The notes: generated by a model not told the origin, from the sequence alone. A stretch of 63,282 bases of DNA, filler included, from Octopus bimaculoides (GCF_001194135.2; 7 parts of 7 records of this genome joined end to end with filler, not necessarily neighbours in it), one strand, 5' to 3'. Counted from the first letter of the whole stretch, positions 12,405 to 23,473 are shown. Numbers and translations are program-made.

Positions 12405-12830
12405 CTGTGTGAAGATTTTTTTCGCAAGTGGACAATAAAACGGGGATTTTTGCCGTTCAAATTTTACACACACATACACACAACCACAGACACAGACACA
12501 GACACACACGCACACACACCCCCACACACATACATGCACACACACACACAAACACACATATACACACACGCACGCACACAGACACAAACACACACACTCG
12601 TGGCTTTCGGGAAACTCCGAGTACTGTACTCACCATTTCCAAATCATCACAAATCTCAACGCCCATTTGTTAAATTCCTTTCGCTATGAAATATTTGGAG
12701 GTTTTTTTTTAATTAGAAATTGTTTGTAAAACCTCGTTAGTTTTCAAAAGCAATAGCAATAACAGTAGAAAGCGGGTGGAGCAGGAAAAGTGAATGGCAA
12801 CCGAGTAGAAGAAGCCAAAGCTAAACTTAC

Positions 12831-12971
12831 GTTCAGGTGCGTCGGAATCGTCAGTTTTGACGTCACACTTGTTACAAGATTTCTTACAATTTGAGATCAT
12901 GTAGTCAGGGTTCTTTCTACATTCCCCGCTTTTGGCCCAGTAAGAACAATGCATATTTTGATCCTCGCACT
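12831..12971 (-). CDS. ShKT domain exon 2 plus acidic tail (141 nt, phase 1-1)
   Basis: (K)CEDQNMHCSYWAKSGECRKNPDYMISNCKKSCNKCDVKTDDSDAPE. Acceptor gttgtcgatttcag, donor gtaagt; 22/35 identical to ShKT1 by manual alignment. Confidence 0.95.
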
Positions 12972-12998
12972 CTGAAATCGACAACAGCAACAGCAATA

Positions 12999-13057
<59 letters not shown>

Positions 13058-13066
13058 CAATAATAA

Positions 13067-13405
13067 CTCGAATGTGGAGTCTGAAAACAACTCTCAATAT
13101 AGAAAGATGTGGACGTAGAGGTAATTCAAATGTGGAGTCTAAAAACAGAAACAATTCCTGTCATAGTAGGTGCATTAGGTATGATAAAATAGTCAGACAA
13201 ATACATAACAAAAACACCAGGACTTACAAATATATATAACATACAGAAAATAACACTACTAGGCACTGCACACATCCTACGTAAAACACTTTCAATACAG
13301 TAAAAATAAGAGCATCACAACAAATTACAGTATATGTCTAAGGAACACAGCTGTGCTCGGTAGTGAAGTGAAAGTACGTGATGAAAATAAGACTACTTAA
13401 TAATG
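13067..13405 (+). mobile_element. R4/Dong-like LINE 3' fragment in an astacin intron
   Basis: Reverse-complement match to 35731-36030 (TETIPVIVGALG...GTAHILRKTLSIQ), starting directly after the (AAT)n tract at ~12999-13065. Confidence 0.85.
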
Positions 13406-13412
13406 ACAATGG

Positions 13413-13612
13413 TTTCCCATTTTGGCACAAGGCCAGCAATTTCGGTGGGAGGGGAGAAGTCAATTACATCGACTCAACTTTTAAGTGGTGCATATTTTAT
13501 CAACCTCTGAAAGGATGAAAGGTAGAATCGACCTCGGCAGAATTTGAACTCAGAACGTAAACATAGACGAAATACCGCTAAGCATTTTGCCCGGCGTGCT
13601 AACGATTCTGCC
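13413..13612 (-). mobile_element. Meta-like SINE
   Basis: Same family as 3350-3580. Confidence 0.8.
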
Positions 13613-14184
13613 ATCTCAGTAATTGTTTCAAACTTAGACAGAAAGCTAGTATACATACACACATACGTACGTACGCACATACATGCATACAAACATTCAT
13701 GCACGCGTATATATGTATATATATCAGAACGTAAAACAGACGAAATACTGTTAAGTATTTCTCCCAGGAGCGAGAAATGGTAGGAGAGACAAAAGGTGAG
13801 AGAAGAATTACTAGAAAGGCTTAAGTGTGCGTTGTATACAGCCAATCAGTACAGCCAAGTTACAGTGCGTTGTAGTAGCAAACAAAGAAAGTGGCAGAGG
13901 TGTGGGCAGAGTAGCAATGTATAAGTAAAACATGGACTGTGTTGGTATTTTTCGTGAGGCGCTGGAGTATGTATATGTAGAGAATGCATGTGCATGTGTA
14001 TGTTATGCCTGTGTGCGCGTATGCGTGTAGGTCTATTCAGTCAGTCTATATATATATGCGTCTGTGTGTGCGCGCGTACGTATATGTTAATACGTGCATG
14101 TGTGTGTATATGTTAATACATGTCTATATAAATAAGTATACTTACAAACGTGCATATATATATGTACATACATATCGATATCTG

Positions 14185-14221
<37 letters not shown>

Positions 14222-15197
14222 GATATCTATCTATCTCTCCCTCCCTCCCTCTCTCCTTTATCTGTCTGTCTGTCTATCTATCTATCTATTTGTATGTATA
14301 TACATGTATATATACATGTATTAATACATGTGTAGGTGTATGTAAGTGTTGGTATGTTTACCTGTGCTGTGTCCACTATTCATCAGATACATGAAAGCAC
14401 TTAAGCGTTGTTAGATGTTCAGAAATATTTCTTGGACGGAAAGTAAAACAAGAGAGGAGACAAACCAGTGAAAAGGGAAGTCCAGTGGGGCTTATTAAGG
14501 CGAAGAGAAAAAAAACACTGGATTACAGGAAAACTTGCAGATATCGAGCAAACATTTAGAAGACTAGGAGTAAGTTAAGAGTAAATTGACTGTGAAATGA
14601 TCATGCTAATCAAGTGGGTAGCTCATTAAAATATTAAGAACATTGTGTAGAAGAGACGAACACCTCTCGTTTGTGACATGGACGCTTAATTATGTCATTT
14701 TGGCTTCTTGGAGGGCATTTCTCTTTTGGAAAATTTCTATGTTACACATGCGAGTACTTTGTTTGAGAAAGAATTAAGAATGCAGGCAAGAAAACGGAAC
14801 CTTGAGGTTGTCAAGAAGATCTAAGCAGATGAGGTTTTGATTAAAATAAGAAGATATTGTTAAAGAAACGATTAGACAAGATTAGACATAAAAGAGCCTT
14901 CCAATTGTCAAACGGACGTTTGATTTGTGTCCCTTTGGTTGCTTGGAGGGTAGTTTTTTTTCTGGAAAGTTCCCATGCTACACGTGTGAGTTGTTTGTTT
15001 GGAAAAAACGAGAGGGGAGAATGCAAGCGAGAAGACGAATCCTTGACTTCGTCAAGTGTCTTGCTGTAAAGCTTTTTCAATCCAGTTTGTGAGAGTCACA
15101 TGCAGACGATAGGCAAGGCAGTGTCGTCATATGAGTCTCATAGTATGCGCATTCGAATATTAGAGATCCATTCTTGTTCATCATAGCCAATACTTAC

Positions 15198-15308
15198 TGC
15201 TACATTGCTTACAAGACTTTTTACAGTTCGGTAGCATGTATCCAGGGTTTTTTTTGCATTCTCCCTTCTTTGCCCACGATGCACAAAAATTATTTTTGTC
15301 AACACAGT
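15198..15308 (-). CDS. ShKT domain exon 1 (111 nt, phase 1-1)
   Basis: (D)CVDKNNFCASWAKKGECKKNPGYMLPNCKKSCKQCS with ShKT six-Cys spacing. Acceptor ttttttttgtag, donor gtaagt. Confidence 0.95.
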
Positions 15309-15517
15309 CTACAAAAAAAATGGTGGGTCGATTGATGTAGCAAAAGAAAAAAAAAAAGAAAAAAAAGAGAAAACAAGAAAATATCGAAATAACAACAAAG
15401 AAGAACAATATCAGGTAAAAACGGTTACAGCTGTCAATTATTCTTCTCTACCCTCACTCTCAATAACAATAAAACAAATAAACAACATAACATAAACAAA
15501 CAGTTCTTATTTTTTAC

Positions 15518-15578
15518 CTTTACCACCACCTCCACCACCTCCTCCTCCACCTCCACCACCTCCTCCCCCACCTCCGCC
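15518..15578 (-). CDS. Poly-glycine linker exon (3' part only; 5' part lies in the N-gap)
   Basis: 19 consecutive GGN codons with mixed third positions, then AAA G|gtaaaa. The phase-1 donor joins the ShKT exon to give ...GGK-DCVDK. Confidence 0.8.
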
Positions 15579-16415
15579 NNNNNNNNNNNNNNNNNNNNNN
15601 NNNNNNNNNNNNNNNNNNNNNNNNNNNNNNNNNNNNNNNNNNNNNNNNNNNNNNNNNNNNNNNNNNNNNNNNNNNNNNNNNNNNNNNNNNNNNNNNNNNN
15701 NNNNNNNNNNNNNNNNNNNNNNNNNNNNNNNNNNNNNNNNNNNNNNNNNNNNNNNNNNNNNNNNNNNNNNNNNNNNNNNNNNNNNNNNNNNNNNNNNNNN
15801 NNNNNNNNNNNNNNNNNNNNNNNNNNNNNNNNNNNNNNNNNNNNNNNNNNNNNNNNNNNNNNNNNNNNNNNNNNNNNNNNNNNNNNNNNNNNNNNNNNNN
15901 NNNNNNNNNNNNNNNNNNNNNNNNNNNNNNNNNNNNNNNNNNNNNNNNNNNNNNNNNNNNNNNNNNNNNNNNNNNNNNNNNNNNNNNNNNNNNNNNNNNN
16001 NNNNNNNNNNNNNNNNNNNNNNNNNNNNNNNNNNNNNNNNNNNNNNNNNNNNNNNNNNNNNNNNNNNNNNNNNNNNNNNNNNNNNNNNNNNNNNNNNNNN
16101 NNNNNNNNNNNNNNNNNNNNNNNNNNNNNNNNNNNNNNNNNNNNNNNNNNNNNNNNNNNNNNNNNNNNNNNNNNNNNNNNNNNNNNNNNNNNNNNNNNNN
16201 NNNNNNNNNNNNNNNNNNNNNNNNNNNNNNNNNNNNNNNNNNNNNNNNNNNNNNNNNNNNNNNNNNNNNNNNNNNNNNNNNNNNNNNNNNNNNNNNNNNN
16301 NNNNNNNNNNNNNNNNNNNNNNNNNNNNNNNNNNNNNNNNNNNNNNNNNNNNNNNNNNNNNNNNNNNNNNNNNNNNNNNNNNNNNNNNNNNNNNNNNNNN
16401 NNNNNNNNNNNNNNN

Positions 16416-16500
16416 CCCGCCTCTCTCTCCCCGCCTCTCTCTCCCCGCCTCTCTCTTCCCGCCTCTCTATCCTCGCCTCTCTCTCCCCGCCTCTCTCTCT
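16416..16500 (+). repeat. ~14-bp minisatellite (CCCGCCTCTCTCTC)n at a gap edge
   Basis: About six visible units; probably continues into the N-gap. Confidence 0.85.
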
Positions 16501-17907
16501 TCTCAGTGATGCAGTACAGCTTCCGCAGAGCCACAGTCGACTTCTGTCACTCGCCATTGTGCTCTCGCTTTACAGAAGTCCAGCAAAGTCTTCGAAAGTG
16601 TATGGAATACAAATCTCCCTTCGAAACCTCTCACCTATCGGCTGTACTCCATCTCTCATCTATTAGATCGGTAAATTTCATATCAGACCGCACTATCACA
16701 TCATGTATTGACTAAACTCTTTCTGCTCCACCGGTGAGTCCCCTAGGGCCTCATCTGTCTCTACCCCTCATTTTTCTACACATTAATTCTCGACCCTGCA
16801 GTAACTGTTATTCCAAGTCCTTTCTTCCGAGGTCTTCAGTCTTCGACCTCGTTTATGTCTTTCTTGCTGCTGTTGACCTACAAGTTTACACGTAACATTA
16901 AAAACATCTGGGACATGTCTAATGCTCTTCCTCTAGACTCAGCACTTTAAACAGAAAAAAGAATATAAGAAAAAAAAGAGTGTTTCTGGTCTTTGGTAAG
17001 TAAGGGAGACAACTGTGGATATGTTTCATGCTAGTTATACCTCCTTAGTAAAGCGTAGTCCAATATCCACATAAGAACGAAAGAGAATAATATCAATTTT
17101 AAGAGTGAAGAAACATCATGTGTGTTAGATGCATCATTTATTCGATCATTTCACTTCTGCATTGATGCTTTCTCATTTGTCATCANNNNNNNNNNNNNNN
17201 NNNNNNNNNNNNNNNNNNNNNNNNNNNNNNNNNNNNNNNNNNNNNNNNNNNNNNNNNNNNNNNNNNNNNNNNNNNNNNNNNNNNNNNNNNNNNNNNNNNN
17301 NNNNNNNNNNNNNNNNNNNNNNNNNNNNNNNNNNNNNNNNNNNNNNNNNNNNNNNNNNNNNNNNNNNNNNNNNNNNNNNNNNNNNNNNNNNNNNNNNNNN
17401 NNNNNNNNNNNNNNNNNNNNNNNNNNNNNNNNNNNNNNNNNNNNNNNNNNNNNNNNNNNNNNNNNNNNNNNNNNNNNNNNNNNNNNNNNNNNNNNNNNNN
17501 NNNNNNNNNNNNNNNNNNNNNNNNNNNNNNNNNNNNNNNNNNNNNNNNNNNNNNNNNNNNNNNNNNNNNNNNNNNNNNNNNNNNNNNNNNNNNNNNNNNN
17601 NNNNNNNNNNNNNNNNNNNNNNNNNNNNNNNNNNNNNNNNNNNNNNNNNNNNNNNNNNNNNNNNNNNNNNNNNNNNNNNNNNNNNNNNNNNNNNNNNNNN
17701 NNNNNNNNNNNNNNNNNNNNNNNNNNNNNNNNNNNNNNNNNNNNNNNNNNNNNNNNNNNNNNNNNNNNNNNNNNNNNNNNNNNNNNNNNNNNNNNNNNNT
17801 ATGTATATATATATATACTTACATACCAACCTAATATATATATAAATACATATGCATATATGAATATATACGTCTACATATATGTATGTATATGTATGTA
17901 TGTATGC

Positions 17908-17964
<57 letters not shown>

Positions 17965-18234
17965 CACCTCTGCTCGCGCGCGCTTGTGCGTGCGTGTGTG
18001 CACAAATAATAAGAGAGACCTGGGTGTGATCATTATAGAAAACACATGGTCGTCTTGCTCAAAAGGATTTAAGCTTAAACTCCGAATTGCTCGTCCCGTC
18101 GCTGTCATGAGTGGCTATAAAAGAAATCCAATTTGAGCTGACATGGAGGTAATACTAGAGATAAACACAGTTAGGTTTGATAAAATTACATTTACATGGA
18201 GCGAGCGTATATAAGAATGTTGAATTCTACATAC

Positions 18235-18342
18235 CTGAACACAGTTGCGTTGGCTTGCTTGGCGAAGAACCTCGGCAGTAGCATTTACAATCTTTGGCAC
18301 GGTAACCACCGTTCGGACAAGTAGCTCTATTTGGGCAGCGAC
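18235..18342 (-). CDS. EGF-like Cys-rich exon of the astacin gene (108 nt, phase 1-1)
   Basis: (S)RCPNRATCPNGGYRAKDCKCYCRGSSPSKPTQLCS(G): six Cys with the CxNGGY...CxCxC pattern that follows astacin domains in many invertebrates. Acceptor ttattattttccag, donor gtatgt. Confidence 0.9.
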
Positions 18343-18646
18343 CTGGAAAATAATAAAAAGTGTATGTCAGACAGATTGCTCTGAGGATTGTATAGTGTTG
18401 TCATTTATGTTGTATATCCAGTTTGCTCTGAATGCACTCATACATGTATTTGTATTTACATATTTTTTTCATGTTTTACTTGTTTCTGTCATTAGACTGC
18501 GGCCTTGCTGGGGCACGGCCTTGTAGAGTGTGTGTATGCACGTGTGTATGTATGTGTATGTATGTATGTGTGCGCGTATGTGTATGTATGCATATGTGTA
18601 TGTGGATGTTTGTGTATATATATGTATGTGTGTGTGTAAGTATGTG

Positions 18647-18686
<40 letters not shown>

Positions 18687-18735
18687 CAACTTTATGCCTG
18701 AATTTTATATGGAGATGTAATGACTTCATACTTAC

Positions 18736-18862
18736 TGTCGCATGTGTACATAAGGTTGGCTAGTTTGATGTCTCTGAAGCTGAGGCCAGGAGATTTACCT
18801 ATGACGTGCTGATAACTTCTATCTTTCGTCTGGATTGTCATTCGGCCATTTGAAGAGAATGC
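18736..18862 (-). CDS. Astacin catalytic domain C-terminal exon (127 nt, phase 0-1)
   Basis: [42 protein letters not shown] matches the astacin tail pattern AFSxNG..TI...IG...LS..DI...N.xY.C. Acceptor ttttttttctcgttttag, donor gtaagt; joins in frame to the previous exon. Confidence 0.95.
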
Positions 18863-18984
18863 CTAAAACGAGAAAAAAAAATGTGTGTACTGGCACACAT
18901 ACACACACACACATATACATACATACATACATATCACCCACGTCATAAGCAGTTGTCTGAAAATGTCATCACGGTATTAACTAC

Positions 18985-19740
18985 CGATGAGACATGTTAT
19001 AGCTAGGACACTCTATAATGAGATCCATCAAAAGGATAACCTTGAGGACAAAGAAATAAGAACCCACGGTATGGTAGAAGCCATAGCCACTCATAATAAA
19101 AAGGAACATTGGTGGAATGTTCCAGTAAAGACCACGAAACAAATGTAAGCACAACAGACCTGATAGAATGATTCGGGATAGAGAAGAGAAACAGTGCTCA
19201 GTTGTAGAAATTAGCTTCCCAGAGGATGTTAGCATAAAGCTGAAGATCAGTGAAAATGAGAGCACCTATGCTGAACTATTGAGGAATCTGCTGTTACTCT
19301 ATCCAGATTACAAGTGCAGGTTTATACCCATAATTATTGGGGCCCTGGGATATGTAACACACAACACGAATACCAATCCTGGGAAATTAGACTTCTCAAA
19401 TCCTGAAAGGAGAAAGCTAATTCGAAGACTGCAGATCCAAGCCATCACTGGAACTGTAAAAACCTGTAAAACTTTCCTGAAGTTTATCATTTAAATATAT
19501 ATGAGAATGTCTAGATATGTAACATGGTGCACCAGCATGACCGCAGTCACTTGGCTGAAACACATAAATAAATAAAATATATAAATACATAAAACATACA
19601 AATCTGCACATACATACATACATACATACAAATAAAAATACCCTGTGTTGATATTGAAATTCCAATGAAGGTACCTTGGATCTAGGTTAGAAATCGGTTC
19701 TTTCTCTTTTGGCAAGAAATCTTGAAATAAACTGAATAAT
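18985..19740 (+). mobile_element. REL-endonuclease LINE (R2/NeSL/R4 group) 3' fragment in an astacin intron
   Basis: ORF 19168-19494 (PD..IRDREEKQCSVVEISFP...K...Y..LLRNL..LYPDYK..FIPIIIGALG) plus 3' UTR. A sibling 3' end lies at ~54790-55160 on the minus strand. Confidence 0.75.
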
Positions 19741-20238
19741 GACATACATACATGCATCGAAGAAAGAGCAAAAGATATACTAGTAAGTTTAGTTGCTGCC
19801 ACTGGCCACTCCAAATTATGTTCCCTTGCTCATTTTAATTTTAATTATGCAAAATGCTCTGTCAATGTGCTGTAATCTTTTTCTATAAGTCTTAGTCTTT
19901 TGTCTGACAGGAGTCAAGTTAGGGCAACTACTGAGCTGATGATGACTATTAAGGCAGAAACATTTGTCCAAAGCTGTCCTTTTATTAAAAAAAATACAAT
20001 AAAAAAACCAATACAAAAAACAAAAGATTTGTTTTTCCTATGTGACATGAAAATTATGGAAGATTCTTAATCTTTGTGGCAAGTTTTAGTTTCTTGTCTG
20101 GAGTCGATGACATTTGCCAACAGGCATTTATTTACTGTTTGTCGAAGCGAAGGTAATTTCAGTAAATCAAGCAATTATCTTTTTATCTTGTATAACATGA
20201 AATACATCTTTATTCGTCAAGTGTCTGTTATGTGGGTG

Positions 20239-20286
<48 letters not shown>

Positions 20287-20346
20287 NNNNNNNNNNNNNN
20301 NNNNNNNNNNNNNNNNNNNNNNNNNNNNNNNNNNNNNNNNNNNNNN

Positions 20347-20423
<77 letters not shown>

Positions 20424-20879
20424 TGCGTGTGCGCGTGTGTGTGTGTGCGTGTGCGTGTGTGCGGTAGTGTGGGACACATATTTCTACCTCGATAGCCGTC
20501 ATCAGCACAGCGGTTGTCGTACCTTAGCTCCAATTAGGAATAAGACTTAGACATGTACGAAAAGATTAGAAAACATTTACGGCCTTGAATACTCTGCATA
20601 ACCAAAAACAAAAATGAGCTGAGAGTAATGACTTGGATTATCTGCGCATGCGTTTGTGAATGCATACGGGATTTACTGACGCTGAGGGTCTTGGTTAACA
20701 GAGTTATCCATGCCGGAAAATTATTGCTTTTAAGCTCTGATATGCTCCCATCATTAAATATTTCAACCCCAACTTGGAATAGAAAAAACCTCCCCAAAAC
20801 TAAAAAAAAAAAATCAAAGACAGCAAAAACTACTCTGAAAGAGAGCGGGATCGAACCGATGATCATAAGAGATACTTAC

Positions 20880-21083
20880 GTAAGCCCCGTAATGCATGAC
20901 ACTTGTATAATCGTAAGGAACACCATAGTCGTTGACAACAGCACTGGTGTACCTCTGGAAGTTATAGCGGACGCCTGCTGGGATATTGTTGTCTAATATA
21001 TAGACGTAATTATTGCGGTTGGGCCTCGTCTGTTCGTGTTGAAATCCTACAGCATGACCGATTTCGTGAACTATGATTCTTTT
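20880..21083 (-). CDS. Astacin (M12A) metalloprotease, zinc-binding exon (204 nt, phase 0-0)
   Basis: Manual translation KRIIVHEIGHAVGFQHEQTRPNRNNYVYILDNNIPAGVRYNFQRYTSAVVNDYGVPYDYTSVMHYGAY contains HExxHxxGFxHE and the Met-turn SxMHY. Acceptor is tttaatttgttttacag and donor is gtaagt. Not in the ORF track. Confidence 0.96.
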
Positions 21084-21119
21084 CTGTAAAACAAATTAAA
21101 AAAGAAAAGATTATATACA

Positions 21120-21665
21120 CAAATAGTCGTGGTTGTGTGTTAAGAAACTTGCTTCCCAACCATTTGAATCTGGGTTCAGTCCCACTACATGGCATCTTGG
21201 GCAAGTGTCTTCTATCATAGCCTCGGGCCGCCCAAAGCCTTGTGAATGGATTTGGTAGACGGAAACTGAAAGATAACCGTCGTATATATGTATATATATN
21301 NNNNNNNNNNNNNNNNNNNNNNNNNNNNNNNNNNNNNNNNNNNNNNNNNNNNNNNNNNNNNNNNNNNNNNNNNNNNNNNNNNNNNNNNNNNNNNNNNNNN
21401 NNNNNNNNNNNNNNNNNNNNNNNNNNNNNNNNNNNNNNNNNNNNNNNNNNNNNNNNNNNNNNNNNNNNNNNNNNNNNNNNNNNNNNNNNNNNNNNNNNNN
21501 NNNNNNNNNNNTGGTGTGTTTATGTCCCCGTAATTTAATGGTTCGGCAAAAGAGACCGATAGAATAAATACCAGGCTTATAAAGAATATGTCCTGGGGTC
21601 GATTTGTTCCTCTAAAGCCCCTTAAGGCGGTGATCCAGCATGGCCGCAGTCAAATGACTGAAATA
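21120..21665 (+). mobile_element. tRNA-derived SINE, second family (spans a gap)
   Basis: gtgtgttaagaaacttgcttcccaacc..ggttcagtcccac..ggcatcttgggcaagtgtcttcta...ccagcatggccgcagtcaaatgactgaaa. Confidence 0.85.
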
Positions 21666-21711
21666 AAAATAGCCATTCGATGTTTTAAAAAATCCAACTA
21701 TATTCTTTTGC

Positions 21712-21910
21712 ACTCTAGGCACAAGGCCTTAAACTTTTTTTGGGGAGAGGCTAGTCGATTATATCGACCCCAGTACGCAACTGGTACTTAATTTATCGAC
21801 CCCGAAAGGATGGAAGGCAAAGTCGACCTCGGCTGTATTTTGAACTCAGAATGCAAAGACGGGACGAAATGTCGCTGAGTATTTGGTCCGACGTTGTTAA
21901 CAGTTCTGTC
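21712..21910 (-). mobile_element. Meta-like SINE
   Basis: Same family as 3350-3580. Confidence 0.8.
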
Positions 21911-22032
21911 AAGACATGAAAAAAAGGCGAAACGGAATAAGAACTTACGATGCGGCATCCAGGAGCGAGAGAAACGTATTGAGCACCTCCGATCATGCCA
22001 ACGTAGGAAGAACAACTGGAAAATAGAAGATA

Positions 22033-22073
<41 letters not shown>

Positions 22074-22077
22074 ATAT

Positions 22078-22266
22078 GGGAGAATATACAAATAATAACA
22101 ACAGACGAACAGGTGGTGTAAATAACAAAAGTATATATTAGTATGACGCTCGGGAATACGGAAAGTCTTTGACGTTTCGAGCTACGCTCTTCAACAGAAA
22201 GAATACGGAGACAAGGAGAAAAACACGGAGAAAAAAAATTGAATAGTGTTCAGTCAACGGTCAATC

Positions 22267-22270
<4 letters not shown>
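22078..22270 (-). mobile_element. Penelope-like terminal-repeat fragment containing a hammerhead-like motif
   Basis: Contains TCTTT-CTGTTGA-A-GAGC-GTA-GCTC-GAAA-CG-TC-AAAGA on the minus strand (22166-22202). A diverged sibling lies at ~34065-34330. Confidence 0.6.
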
Positions 22271-22303
<33 letters not shown>

Positions 22304-23409
22304 GTATGCATATAGAAGAAATATGTATGTGTATGTAGACACACACACACACACACACGCACACACTACGTATACATACACACACACATATATGTATTTA
22401 TGTATGCGTAAAATTTCTACCCTTTTAGGGAGATCTTTTATTAGNNNNNNNNNNNNNNNNNNNNNNNNNNNNNNNNNNNNNNNNNNNNTTAATTAATTAA
22501 NNNNNNNNNNNNNNNNNNNNNNNNNNNNNNNNNNNNNNNNNNNNTATATATATATATATATATATATATGCGCATACATACACCCACACTTATACCTATG
22601 TGAGGAGAATAACAAATACAATTGCGGTGTTACTGATGTGCGAATATGTAAAATGCCAATAAGTAAAAATGTGAAAGAATAATGAGGTAGATGAATAAAC
22701 AAATTTAATGTAAAACTGAAATCAACAGAACGAAGGAAAAGCATATGAAAGAAACATTCTCTTGGATAATTAACAAGATAAACTTGAAATATATTTCAAC
22801 ATTTGAGAAAGAGGACACGTTGAAGTTCTACCTGTTGTATCCATGTGAAGGAAATATATGGAGAATATGTAGATGTTCGTTTCAACAAGTTATAACCCTG
22901 TGTCTGATAACCTGATAACCCACATTTTGTTCCTAAATAAAATCTTGTCGGAAGTGTTTTTGTTTATACAATTTTATTTCAAACGCGATCTGACTTCATT
23001 TTGCCTGAAATCAAATACTTTTGTACAAATTCATTGAAATTTTTCCTGTAGCAGTTTAAAAGAAAAACCAAGTACACACTGTAGTCTGCAGAACGTGTTA
23101 AGAATAGCTGTACATATCATTACTTAAAAGAATGAATATGCTGATAGACTCAAATGTCGAATCTCTTTTCAATTATTGTTGTTTAATATACAACTACACT
23201 GCTATCGGTCATGTGTACCATGATACAATAAACTAATGCTTTCGAAAGACAATTGTTATTGAAATGAAATATTCTGCGTGTAATACGATTTCAGTTACAA
23301 ATGGAATAAATAAAGTTTTAGAGTTTATTTCGACTAAATGATCGAAATGCGAAAGCAAAAGTTATGCAACAGGAGTGGTTAAATTTGACTAAATCATTGT
23401 ACAAAACCG

Positions 23410-23473
<64 letters not shown>

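Noticed and set aside
12709-12830. Hydrophobic C-terminal extension (FSFGFFY...LLLLLLLL) read through from the ShKT2 exon as a membrane or GPI anchor
   Set aside because: It follows a consensus GTAAGT donor and the Leu run comes from a simple repeat; most likely intron.
16507-16740. Plus-strand exon candidate (pyrimidine tract plus CAG ... CCG|GTGAGT)
   Set aside because: All three frames contain stops, and the pyrimidine tract is a minisatellite.
20480-20530. Minus-strand RYDNRCADDGYR as an extra astacin exon
   Set aside because: No usable acceptor, and the flanking exons already join in frame to a complete domain.
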